A program made the translations under genes and the position numbers. Below, piece by piece: positions 29,607 through 39,416 of a stretch of DNA of 64,000 nt. This DNA is from an uncultured Acidobacteriota bacterium (lineage in GTDB: Bacteria; Acidobacteriota; JAQAZP01), in contig CAWIIB010000001.1 in the NCBI GenBank assembly GCA_963836075.1, forward strand, positions 1,504,001 through 1,568,000, read 5' to 3'. The stretch's first letter is position 1. Each line of letters begins with the position of its first letter. The notes under the pieces were generated by a model. The model worked only from the letters and a program-made list of their open reading frames with translations. It did not search any database and was not told the DNA's origin.

Positions 29607-31490
29607 ATGAGTAGAAAACTGCTGATTGCCTGTGCGCTGCTGGCGGTTCTCTTCAGCGCCGCAGCCCAGGCCGAAACGGTGGTGCCGGGTGGTGAGGTGT
29701 ACGGCACATGGGATGAGGTCGGCTCACCCTATCTGATCAAGGGCGAGATCACCGTCCCCGAATGTCAGACCCTGACCATCGACCCCGGTGTGGTGGTGGA
29801 CGTTCGCGGGCACTTCAAGATGATCGTTCACGGCACACTGGAAGCCGTGGGTACGGAGAGGCACAGGATCCTGTTCACCGCCGCCGACACCGTGGAGGGC
29901 TGGCACGGGATCCGATTCGTCGACACCATGGAGACCAGCCACCTCCAGTGGTGCATCATCGAACACGGACGGGCCAAGGGAATTGATATCAATGATCCGG
30001 ACGGTTGGGGTGGGGGAATCCTCTGCAGCGGCTCCAGCCCGGCCATCACCGACTGCATCGTCAGGAACTGTTCAGCCATCGGCTCCGGCGGCGGAATTTT
30101 CTTCCATCAATCCAAGTCGGAGATCACCCGCTGCAATTTCACCGGAAACTACGCCTCGATTCTGGGCGGGGGTGTGGCTGTCTACTTATCCGACATCGCG
30201 ATTCGGCAAAGCGGTATCACCGACAACAGCAGCGAAATGTGGGGGGGGCGGTCTTCACCCAGGATTCTTTCACCGGGATCGAAGACTGCACCATCCTCCG
30301 GAATCAGGCCGACCGGTTGGGTGGAGGGATCAGCGCCTACAACTGGAACCAATACTTTGAACGACAGTTGACCGTACGGGGCTGTACCATCACCGGAAAC
30401 AGTTCGGGGATGTGGGGCGGCGGGATCTCCGGTGACACCATCACCATGGAGATCGAGGGCAACGTCATATCGGGGAACCGGGCTCCGGGCAAGTATGGCG
30501 GTGGAATCTACGTCAACAACTGCGCCGGAACCGTTGAAAACAACATCATCTCGAGGAACACGGCGCTTGCCGGCGGCGGCATCGGCATGGCCACCAACTC
30601 TGTTGTCGATCTGATCAACAACCGTATCACCGGCAACTCGGCCGTGGAGGATGGCGGGGGTATCCGGTGGACCATCGGAAGCACTTCAGTGCTCAGAAAC
30701 ATGACCATTGCCGACAACACGGCGCCAAACGGGGCAGGGATCTTCGCTTGCAACAGATGCGACGTCCGTGCGATAAACACGATTTTCTGGGGCAATAAAG
30801 CGACGACCGGTGAGGCGGCATGGGTCGGGACGTCTTCAACCCTGCGCATCAGCTACTCCGATGTGCAACCGGGAAACTCCTCAGTTCTACGTGGCCCTGG
30901 GCGGCACGCTGGAATGGGGCGAGGGCATGATTTCCGAGGATCCGCTTTTCCGCGATCCGGACAACGGTGACTTCCACCTCTGCCAGGACCCCTGCCAGCC
31001 GGGGGTGAAAAATCCCTGTGTCGACGCGGGTCACCCGGTTAGCCCGATGATCCCCGGATCCACCCGCAGCGACTGCTGCTGCGACGTGGGGCGGGTGGAC
31101 ATGGGCTACCACTCCCCGGTCCCGAATTCAGTGGCCACCGACATCCGGATCGACCCCGAATCGGGTGTGCTCCCCTTCACCACCCGGGTCAGCGCCACCA
31201 TGAGCAATGTCCTGGGTGTGGAACGGACCCTGGCCGGCCGGATCGCCGTCACCCTGGCCAACGGGATGTGCTACCACAACCTCTGCCCGGGAGTTGTCGA
31301 ACTGGGCCCGCATGAGAGCCACTCGCTCATCTGGAACCAGGACCTGCCGGCCCAGGAGAGATACCTGGGGACCAACATCTTCGAACTCTTTGCCGTGGAT
31401 GTCACCCCGGCGCCGTTCAACCAGTCACCCTATCCCATGTCCGGCAATACCGACAAGGACACGGCCACCGTTACCGGCAGCAGCCGGTAG
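29607..31490 (+). CDS. Secreted right-handed parallel beta-helix (pectin-lyase-like) protein with CTD-A (frameshifts near 30245 and 30883)
   Basis: GGAGGAG RBS and a signal peptide. N-x-A-x-x-GGG repeats run across three overlapping ORFs (29571..30371, 30005..30970, 30810..31490). It ends with CTD-A DVTPAPFNQSPY. Confidence 0.8.
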
Positions 31491-31502
31491 CAGAACCGGA
31501 TA

Positions 31503-31542
31503 CCCGCACGGGGGACCACAGCTCCCCCTGCGGGGTTCTTTT
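31503..31542 (+). terminator. Terminator hairpin
   Basis: CCCGCAcGGGGGA...TCCCCCTGCGGG followed by TTCTTTT, between convergent genes. Confidence 0.6.
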
Positions 31543-31562
31543 CCGCTCGAGTTTTCGGGGGA

Positions 31563-32828
31563 CTACGAACCGGCGGGGCCGGGCCCCGTGAATTCGAGGT
31601 GGATGCCGTCTTCGCCGATCTTCACGTCGCCGGGAACCGGGTATCGCTCGTAGAGGCTGAACTGGATGCCGGCCTGACGCTGGTCGAAGACTTTGCGGTC
31701 CAGCAGCACGGTCCAGGGGACGAAGAGCTGGTTCTCGTGCTGCAGCACCTTCTGCTCCGAGAGGTTGAGCTCCCCGGAGAGGGTCTCCCGCACCCGGTTC
31801 CGCGACTGGTCATCCGGGCAGGTGATCACCGCCGACACCAGGGTGCCGTCGGGAGAGACGTCTTCAAAGGGCCGGGCCAGCGCCCGGGCCCGGCGGGCCA
31901 TCTGGTTCGGCACCTGGGTCAGGAACTTGCTGGCCACCGAACAGAAGTGGACATCGGTGGCACAGCCGGAATCGTTGCGGGCCCGGTCCATCAACTGCTC
32001 GCCCAGCTCCCTGCTGCCCAGGACGGGCCGCAGGATGGTGCCCGGCCGGGCGATGAAGTCACCGGGCGGGGCGGGGAGACCGCCGGGCAGACAGGGCACC
32101 TTGCGCTGAACCTCTTTCCCCGGCTGGTATCCAGCCCGCTGGGCCACCCGCTCGAACTGCGGCGTCTGCATGAAGAGCAGCTCGTGCAGGTTGATGAAGG
32201 CCACACCGGCCGCGATGGCCCCTTCGACGATCTTCTCGGTGATCCCCAGACCGGGGAGGCAGGGAATCTCCACCGCCACCGTCCAGTCCAGTTCCAGCGC
32301 CCGCTCCACCAGCGGCAGTTCCTTTGCCGAGGAGGGGTGGCAGCGAATCTCATCCACCCCCGCCTCGCGCACACGCTTCATCCCCTCCAGGCTGAACTTC
32401 GCATTGGCGGTGAAGAACTGGATGTGGAAGTCGGGGCCGCAGGTCTCGCGCAGCAGGCGGGCGTAGTGAACGGCCCGGTCCAGGTAGTTTGTGGGCTCAC
32501 CGCCGGTGAGACAGACCGCATCGGGGCTGCCCATTTTGACCAGCCGCAACAGTTCCTCATCGCTGCGGATGGTGAACTCGTCGGCCTGCATCCGGTCGCC
32601 CTTGCCGGCGCTGGAGCAGTAGAAGCAGTCCTTGGGGCACTCCTCCCCCAGGGAGAGACACAACCGTCCGCCCAGCAGACAGCGTCGGCAGCCTTCGGGG
32701 AGGTTCCCGGCCACCGGGTTCAACCCTGGTTTGATCTCTTCCCGGTGCCCCCCCAGCATGCGCTGCCAGAGGTAATTGGCTTGCCCTTGCCCGTCCCCGG
32801 AGGGAGGGGAGTGATCTTTGGTGTCCAT
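31563..32828 (-). CDS. Radical SAM protein, COG2108-like (related to PFL-activating enzyme)
   Basis: LPEGCRRC...CPKDCFYC, LTGGEP, GVDEIRCHP, EIP, FINLHEL and VHFCS motifs. Confidence 0.75.
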   Translation of the reverse strand: MDTKDHSPPSGDGQGQANYLWQRMLGGHREEIKPGLNPVAGNLPEGCRRCLLGGRLCLSLGEECPKDCFYCSSAGKGDRMQADEFTIRSDEELLRLVKMGSPDAVCLTGGEPTNYLDRAVHYARLLRETCGPDFHIQFFTANAKFSLEGMKRVREAGVDEIRCHPSSAKELPLVERALELDWTVAVEIPCLPGLGITEKIVEGAIAAGVAFINLHELLFMQTPQFERVAQRAGYQPGKEVQRKVPCLPGGLPAPPGDFIARPGTILRPVLGSRELGEQLMDRARNDSGCATDVHFCSVASKFLTQVPNQMARRARALARPFEDVSPDGTLVSAVITCPDDQSRNRVRETLSGELNLSEQKVLQHENQLFVPWTVLLDRKVFDQRQAGIQFSLYERYPVPGDVKIGEDGIHLEFTGPGPAGS

Positions 32829-33120
32829 GAATACCCTGAAGAATAGACGCCGGCGTCAGTGTTGTGGTGCCGCAGGACAGCAGGATTTTACCGGGGGCCG
32901 AATCAGATGTCCAGAGACCGGCCCCCCGGTTTACCCCCAGCCCTAACGCCAGTTGGAAATATTCACTGGTCAACCGGACAGGCCGTAATCGACCTGCACC
33001 GGCTATTTGCCAAACCCCGTTCCAGACTATATGATTTCTGTCACTTCCGTGGCGGATTCTTCCGGTGGCCCGCAACCTGCGCCGGAACCCGGTGAGAACG
33101 AATAGCGAAAGGACCCCCCG

Positions 33121-34650
33121 ATGCTGCTCCATCACCGCTTCGTACATTCAGCGAAGACGCAGGGAAAAAAGCCCGCCTTTATCGACCGGTCGGCGGGCAA
33201 GACCATCTCATGGTCCCGGGCCCTCATCGCCGCCCTGATCCTGGCCAAAAAGTTCCGCAGCTACGGCGAGGGGTTTATCGGCATCATGGTGCCCACGTCG
33301 GCCGGGTGCGGGCTGGCGATCCTCGGCGCGCTGATCAGCGGCCGGACGCCGGTGATGATCAACTACTCCACCGGGGCTGAGGCCAACGCGAAGTTCGCCC
33401 GGCGGAAATGCGGCTTCCGGACCATCATCACCTCCAAAAAACTGCTGGAGAAGATCAACTGCCCGCACATCAAGGGCATGGTCTATCTCGAAGACCTGAT
33501 GGACAGCCTGACCTCCTGGGACAAAATCCGCGCGGCGCTGATCTCGAAGCTGCCCGCTGGCCTGATCACCCGCCGTTTCACGGAAAAGGGGGAGATGGAC
33601 GACAACGCGGTGGTCCTCTTCACCAGCGGCAGCGAGAAGGACCCCAAGGCGGTCCAGCTGACCCACCGCAACATCTCCTTCAACATCGAAAGCTTCTGCA
33701 AGGTGTACCAGATCTCGGAAAAGGACCGGATGATGGCCAACCTGCCCCTGTTCCACGTCTTCGGGCTGACGGTCAACTTCTGGACCCCGGTCTACTACGG
33801 GATCACCATGGTCACCTACGCCAACCCCACCGAGTACCAGACCGTGGCGAAAATTATCCGTGACGACAAGCCCACCATCCTGGTCAGCACTCCGAGTTTC
33901 TTCCAGGGCTATCTGCGCCGGTCCAGCGAGGGGGACTTTGAATCACTGCGGGTGGTGGTCAGCGGCGCCGACAAGTGTCCCGACACCCTGCGCCAGGGCT
34001 ACCTGAACAAGCACGGGGTGACCCTCTTTGAAGGGTACGGGGCCACCGAGACCTCGCCGGTGATTTCCGTCAACTACCCCGGGTTCAACCGGCCGGGCAG
34101 CGTGGGCAAACCTTTGCCCAACGTGGCGGTATTCATCGAAAACTACGAGACCGGCGAGAAGTGCGGGCCGGGTGACGTGGGGCGGATCATGGTCCGCGGC
34201 GACCTGGTGATGAAGGGCTACTTCGATGACCTGGAAGAAACGGCCATGCGGATCAGGCACGGCTGGTACGACACCGGCGACATGGGCTATCTCGACGAGG
34301 CCGGCTATCTCTGGCACTCCGGCCGGCTGAAGCGCTTCGTCAAGATCGGCGGCGAGATGGTCTCCCTGGTCCAGGTGGAGGACCGGATCGAGAAGCTGCT
34401 GCCCGACGGCGTGGACTGCTGTGTGGTGGAGATCCCCGACGTGAAGAAGGGGGCGAAAATCATCGCCGTGGTCACCGAGCAGCTCGACGAGAAGGAAGTA
34501 CGCAGCAAGCTGTCCGAAGAGCTGCCCAACATCGCCCTGCCCAGCCAGTTCGTGGTGATGGAGAAAATGCCGGAGATGGGCAGCGGTAAGATCGATTTCC
34601 GCTCGGTGACCAACCAGGTCCAGGACCAGCTGCTGGACGACGAGCAGTGA
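33121..34650 (+). CDS. AMP-binding acyl-ACP synthetase (stand-alone Aas synthetase domain)
   Basis: FTSGSEKDPKAV, EGYGATETSP, WYDTGD, RLKRFVKIGGEMVSL and GSGKID motifs; no acyltransferase domain. Confidence 0.85.
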   Translation: MLLHHRFVHSAKTQGKKPAFIDRSAGKTISWSRALIAALILAKKFRSYGEGFIGIMVPTSAGCGLAILGALISGRTPVMINYSTGAEANAKFARRKCGFRTIITSKKLLEKINCPHIKGMVYLEDLMDSLTSWDKIRAALISKLPAGLITRRFTEKGEMDDNAVVLFTSGSEKDPKAVQLTHRNISFNIESFCKVYQISEKDRMMANLPLFHVFGLTVNFWTPVYYGITMVTYANPTEYQTVAKIIRDDKPTILVSTPSFFQGYLRRSSEGDFESLRVVVSGADKCPDTLRQGYLNKHGVTLFEGYGATETSPVISVNYPGFNRPGSVGKPLPNVAVFIENYETGEKCGPGDVGRIMVRGDLVMKGYFDDLEETAMRIRHGWYDTGDMGYLDEAGYLWHSGRLKRFVKIGGEMVSLVQVEDRIEKLLPDGVDCCVVEIPDVKKGAKIIAVVTEQLDEKEVRSKLSEELPNIALPSQFVVMEKMPEMGSGKIDFRSVTNQVQDQLLDDEQ

Positions 34651-34663
34651 GGGGTTCGGCCCT

Positions 34664-37393
34664 TCACTTCGGCGCCGCGTTGACCACCACCGTCCCCTTG
34701 TCCTTCAGTTCCCCGGCCGAGATGGACACTGTGTATTCACCCGCCGGCACGAATTCGGTCTGACCGAAATCCCCCGCCTCGATCCGCGGGATCTGGTGTT
34801 TGCGGTCGGCCTGGAGATCCCAGACCACCCGGTTGAGCCCCGGGTAGCCGGGCCCGCTGAGCGTCCGGATCACCATGCCGCCGGCATCGGTGATCGAGAC
34901 GGAAACCGGCGCCCCCAGGCCCTCGCGCAGCCAGTAGTTGATCGCGGTACCCGGCTCCGGATTGCGGGCGCGGAAGATGGCATGGCCCGAGCCGTAGCTG
35001 CGCCGCAGGTAGAGCCGCGGGGTGCCGGGCTGGATCTCCAGCAGGGCCAGCGGCCGGTCCGTCACCCCGCCGGCAAGGCCGGCGAACATCGAACCGTCGT
35101 CCAGGACATAGACGCCCCGGCCGTGGGTGCCGATCACCAGGTCTTTTTCCCGGGGGTGCTGGACGATGTCGTGTACCGCCACCGGCGGCAGGCTCTCACC
35201 GTTCATCCGCACCCAGCTGCCGCCGCGGTCAAGGCTGACATGGATTCCGAATTCGGTGCCGGCGTAGAGCACGTCCGGGTTCCAGAGGTCCTCCCGCACC
35301 ACCCGCACCGGCTCCCCGTCGGGGAGATTGCCGGTGATGTCGCTCCAGCTCCGGCCGCTGTCCGCGGTCATCAGCACCAGCGGCCGGAAGACATCGCTGC
35401 GGTGGCCGTCCACCGAAACGAAGGCGGTTTCGGCATGGTGCGCCGAAGGGTGGATCCGTGAAATGTAGAGGCCGTCCACCTCGGGCGGGGTGACCTGCCG
35501 CCAGTTCGCGCCATCATCGGCGGTGACGTGGATCAACCCGTCGTCGGTCCCGGCCCAGAGCATCCCCTTGCGCAGCGGTGATTCGGCCAGCGCCGTCACC
35601 GTGCCGTAGGTTTCGGCTCCCGAACCGAGGGTCTCGGTCTTGCCCGGTTCGTCGCGGGAGAGGTCGCCGCTGATGGCGAAGACCAGGTCGCCGCGCCCGG
35701 TGAGTTTGAAGACCCGGTTGCCGCCGTGGTAGAGCACCGACGGGTCGTGGGGGGAGACGAAGAAGGGCGCGTCCCAGTTGAAGCGCAGCCGCTCATCCCC
35801 CTCCTGAACCGCCGGACGGATGGTCTTCACCACGTGGTTGTCCAGCCGGATCCGGGACAGGTTGCCGCCCTGGGAAGTGGAGTAGACCAGGTTCGGGTCA
35901 GCGGGATCGAAATCGACGGTGAAGCCGTCACCGCCGCTGATCATCCGCCAGTCGGCGTTGAGGATCCCATCGGCGCTCTGATCGAGGGTCAGGAAGCCGG
36001 TCTCCGAGGGCCCGAGCCACGAGCCGTTGTCCTGCAGCCCGCCGGCGATGCGGTAGGGGTCGGACATGTCCACCGAAACCCGGTAGAACTGGGCCGCGGC
36101 CACGCTGTCGAAGAGCCGCCAGGTCCGGGCCCGGTCGTGGGAGATGTAGATCCCGCCGTCATTCCCCACCAGGATCTGCTTCGTGTCCAACGGGTTGATC
36201 ACGATGGCGTGGAAGTCCACGTGCACGTTCTCGCTGCCCGAGCGGCGGAAGGTCTTGCCGCCGTCGTCGGAGATGGCCAGGTCCCACCCGGGGAGGTAGA
36301 CCCGCTGGTCGTCCTCCGGGTCGACGGCCACCCGGGAGAAATAGAAGGGCCGGAAACTGATATCGGTGGTGCGGACCCAGGTCTCTCCCCGGTCGTCGGT
36401 GCGGAAGAGACCGCCGCTGGGCGACCTGTTGTCCCACTGGGAGTGGCCCCGGCCGCCAAAGTCGCTCTCCACGTTGGCGTAGAGGATGCTGGTATCCCCG
36501 GGAAAGACGGTCAGGCCGATACGGCCGGTGGAGGGCGGCAGCCCGGAGGTCAGCTTCTTCCAGCTGCGCCCGGCGTCGTCGGAACGGAAGATGCCGCCAT
36601 GTTCGCTGTTGCCGCTGAAACTCCAGGCGGTGCGCTTGCGGGCGTAAAGGGCGGCGTAGACCGTGTCGGGGTTTGCCGGGTCCAGCACCACGTCACAGGC
36701 CCCGGTCCGCTGGTCCACCTTCAGCACCTGCTCCCAGGTAGTGCCGCCGTCACTGGTCTTGAACAAGCCCCGCTCCGGGTTCTCACCCCAGAGGTGGCCC
36801 AGGGCCGCCACGTAGCAGACATCCGGATTGCGCGGGTCCACGGCGATGCTGGGGATGTCGTGGGTCTCGGTGAGCCCCACGTGCTGGAAGCTGGCTCCGG
36901 CATCGGTGGAACGGTAGACCCCGCCGCCCCAGGAGGAGCTGTTGCGGCCATTGCCCTCGCCGGTGCCGACCCAGACGATCTTTCCCTTGCCGCGGTCCTC
37001 GGACGACGCTGTTTCACCCTCAGCGACACTATCTTCTTCGACCCAGCCCGGCCAGTTTGACGGGGCATCGGCCACGGCCAGGGCCCCGATTGAGAGCACC
37101 GGGTAGTCGTCGAACACCGGCGTAAAGGTGGTGCCCAGGTTGTCGGTGTAAAAGATTCCCCCGGTGGCGTAACCGACATAGAAGCTGGTCCGGCTGCCCG
37201 GCACCAGGGCGATGGCCGATACCCGGCCGCCCATGTTGGCCGGACCGACATTGCGCCAGGAGATTCGCTGCAGGTCGGTTTCGCTGAGAACGCGTGCGGG
37301 CTCCGATGAGCCGGCCGCTGTGAGCGCCGCCGGTGCCAGGACCGAAAAAAGCAAAATGAGGACGATTGATCGAACAGGATGAAAACAAGACAT
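34664..37393 (-). CDS. Secreted VPS10/BNR Asp-box beta-propeller (glycosyl hydrolase-like)
   Basis: WRNVGPANMGGR, many SxDxGxTW Asp-boxes, GGLQDNGSW, RFNWDAP and GLNRVVWDL. Confidence 0.85.
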   Translation of the reverse strand: MSCFHPVRSIVLILLFSVLAPAALTAAGSSEPARVLSETDLQRISWRNVGPANMGGRVSAIALVPGSRTSFYVGYATGGIFYTDNLGTTFTPVFDDYPVLSIGALAVADAPSNWPGWVEEDSVAEGETASSEDRGKGKIVWVGTGEGNGRNSSSWGGGVYRSTDAGASFQHVGLTETHDIPSIAVDPRNPDVCYVAALGHLWGENPERGLFKTSDGGTTWEQVLKVDQRTGACDVVLDPANPDTVYAALYARKRTAWSFSGNSEHGGIFRSDDAGRSWKKLTSGLPPSTGRIGLTVFPGDTSILYANVESDFGGRGHSQWDNRSPSGGLFRTDDRGETWVRTTDISFRPFYFSRVAVDPEDDQRVYLPGWDLAISDDGGKTFRRSGSENVHVDFHAIVINPLDTKQILVGNDGGIYISHDRARTWRLFDSVAAAQFYRVSVDMSDPYRIAGGLQDNGSWLGPSETGFLTLDQSADGILNADWRMISGGDGFTVDFDPADPNLVYSTSQGGNLSRIRLDNHVVKTIRPAVQEGDERLRFNWDAPFFVSPHDPSVLYHGGNRVFKLTGRGDLVFAISGDLSRDEPGKTETLGSGAETYGTVTALAESPLRKGMLWAGTDDGLIHVTADDGANWRQVTPPEVDGLYISRIHPSAHHAETAFVSVDGHRSDVFRPLVLMTADSGRSWSDITGNLPDGEPVRVVREDLWNPDVLYAGTEFGIHVSLDRGGSWVRMNGESLPPVAVHDIVQHPREKDLVIGTHGRGVYVLDDGSMFAGLAGGVTDRPLALLEIQPGTPRLYLRRSYGSGHAIFRARNPEPGTAINYWLREGLGAPVSVSITDAGGMVIRTLSGPGYPGLNRVVWDLQADRKHQIPRIEAGDFGQTEFVPAGEYTVSISAGELKDKGTVVVNAAPK

Positions 37394-37671
37394 GGGTCTT
37401 CTCCTCAAAATTTAAGGAAAATCGACACGGAACTCTGGCTGGAAGAAATTTCTCATACTTTAGCATATCAAAGGTTTAGGTGACAGTTGGTCCCATGGTT
37501 TCCGAAAGCTGAAATTGCTTGCGTTTCCGCCATGACTATAATATACTAATTAAGTCAATCATTATGGCGAATATAGATCGATCGCCAAAGCACCGTTTCA
37601 CCCCCTTCCGGGGGTAGAACAGGACCACAAGGCGCCAGCGGCGCTATTGTCATAGTCAGGAGAATGTGAAA

Positions 37672-38277
37672 ATGGCCTACGAAGTACCGAACCTCGAATA
37701 CGCATACGACGCCCTGGAACCGTACATCGACGCGCGGACCATGGAAATCCACCACACCAAGCACCACGCGGCCTACGTTGCCAAGCTCAACGCCGCCCTG
37801 GAGTCGGCCCCCGACCTTCAGGGAAAGCCGGTTGAGGACCTGCTGCGTGGTATTGGCGATGTCCCGGAATCGATCCGCCAGGCGGTGATCAATCACGGTG
37901 GCGGACATGCCAACCACTCGCTCTTCTGGCAGATTCTCGGCCCGGGCAAGGGCGGCATGCCTACCGGCGCCGTGGCCGAAGCCATCGACCGCGACCTGGG
38001 CGGTTTCGAGAAGTTCAAGGCAGCCTTCAACGCCGCTGCCGCCAACCAGTTCGGCAGCGGCTGGGCCTGGCTGGTGGCCGACGGCGAGGGCAAACTTCAC
38101 GTTTACGGCACCGCCAACCAGGATTCACCACTGATGAAGGAACACACGCCGCTGATGGGCCTCGACGTCTGGGAGCACGCCTACTACCTCAATTACCAGA
38201 ACCGCCGGCCCGACTACATCGACGCCTGGTGGAACGTGGTCAACTGGGACCGGGTCAATGAGGTTTACGGCAGATGA
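37672..38277 (+). CDS. sodA: Superoxide dismutase [Mn/Fe], Mn-type signature
   Basis: [30 protein letters not shown] and DVWEHAYY. Confidence 0.93.
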   Translation: MAYEVPNLEYAYDALEPYIDARTMEIHHTKHHAAYVAKLNAALESAPDLQGKPVEDLLRGIGDVPESIRQAVINHGGGHANHSLFWQILGPGKGGMPTGAVAEAIDRDLGGFEKFKAAFNAAAANQFGSGWAWLVADGEGKLHVYGTANQDSPLMKEHTPLMGLDVWEHAYYLNYQNRRPDYIDAWWNVVNWDRVNEVYGR

Positions 38278-38717
38278 ACACCATCACTACTGAAGAGCTT
38301 CAGCAGCGCCTGGAGGACGGCACGTCGCCAGTCTTTGACGTGCGCGGTGATGTGGAATACGAGATGGGTCACATTCCGGGCGCCAAGACCGCCCCGCTGG
38401 GTTCACTGGTCTTCCGGGTTGCGCGGGTGATGAATCCCGGCAGTTTCATCACCGTCTATTCGGCGGGCGGGGGCTGTACTCTGGCTGCTGAGGCGGTGGA
38501 ACGGCTGCAAAATCTCCGGATGAGCAACGTCCATTGCTACGAAGAGGGTCTCGAAGGCTGGCGGTCAGCCGGGCATCAGGTAGTGGAGTCGGTCCATGCC
38601 AAAACCCAGACCCAGGGGCCGGTGATCGAATGCCGTCCGCTGGTGGTCGACCGCAAAAACGCCTACGGCGGCGCCTTCAAGGGCAAGCCGGTGGACGGCG
38701 AGGCTGCGGGAGGCTGA
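38274..38717 (+). CDS. Rhodanese-like domain protein
   Basis: DVR...EY..GHIPGA and YEEGLEGW; overlaps the SOD stop (ATGA); active-site loop reads YSAGGGC. Confidence 0.8.
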   Translation: MNTITTEELQQRLEDGTSPVFDVRGDVEYEMGHIPGAKTAPLGSLVFRVARVMNPGSFITVYSAGGGCTLAAEAVERLQNLRMSNVHCYEEGLEGWRSAGHQVVESVHAKTQTQGPVIECRPLVVDRKNAYGGAFKGKPVDGEAAGG

Positions 38718-38816
38718 AATCTCCTGGCGCCCCTGGGGTTCACCTGGGGGCGCTCTTCAAATCCAGTTCTCATCCTCCAATAATGGACTTCTGACGTCCA
38801 TCTCCCTCCCTCTGCC

Positions 38817-38845
38817 TTGACTCGTAAGTGATTCTATAATATAAT
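38817..38845 (+). promoter_or_regulatory. Sigma70-type promoter of the cytochrome c3 operon
   Basis: TTGACT (38817-38822), 17-bp spacer, TATAAT (38840-38845). Confidence 0.7.
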
Positions 38846-38975
38846 TTTAACTTCGTTAATCACTGAAATGTTCCGCTTGCTGTGCCGTGGGCTTACACCT
38901 TGTCGCACTTGCGTGCGGAATGGAGGATCATATATCCTGCAGACCTAAAGTCTTTAACTTCAGGAGGCCAATCAA

Positions 38976-39353
38976 GTGAAAAAGACTCTCAGCCTGGTGG
39001 CGTTTCTCGCCCTGGTCAGTGTGTTGGTGATTGCAGCAGAGATTCCGGCGGATAAGGATGTTCTGACCTTCGAGGCCAAGATGGGGAAGGTCACCTTCTC
39101 CCACAAGGCTCACGCGGAAAAGATCGGTGATTGCGTGTCCTGCCATCACAAGACCGAAGGGGACGCGGTTCCCCAACTTTGCTCCGAGTGCCACCCGGCC
39201 GACGCGGCCAAGGACGATGCCCCCAAGCTGAAGGACGCCGTGCACCAGAACTGTCAGGACTGTCACCAGGAAAAAGCTGACGCCGGCGAGGCCACCGGAC
39301 CGCTGAAGAAAAAGTGCAAGGAGTGCCACATCAAGGAAGCGGCCGCCGAATAG
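38976..39353 (+). CDS. Tetraheme cytochrome c3 (class III) family protein
   Basis: Signal peptide, VTFSHKAH and four CXXCH (CVSCHH, CSECH, CQDCH, CKECH). Confidence 0.9.
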   Translation: MKKTLSLVAFLALVSVLVIAAEIPADKDVLTFEAKMGKVTFSHKAHAEKIGDCVSCHHKTEGDAVPQLCSECHPADAAKDDAPKLKDAVHQNCQDCHQEKADAGEATGPLKKKCKECHIKEAAAE

Positions 39354-39416
39354 TCTGACCTGGGATTCGTTGCCGCACCGCTGTCCAGACGGGCCGGTCG
39401 CGGTACGAGGTTTCAC

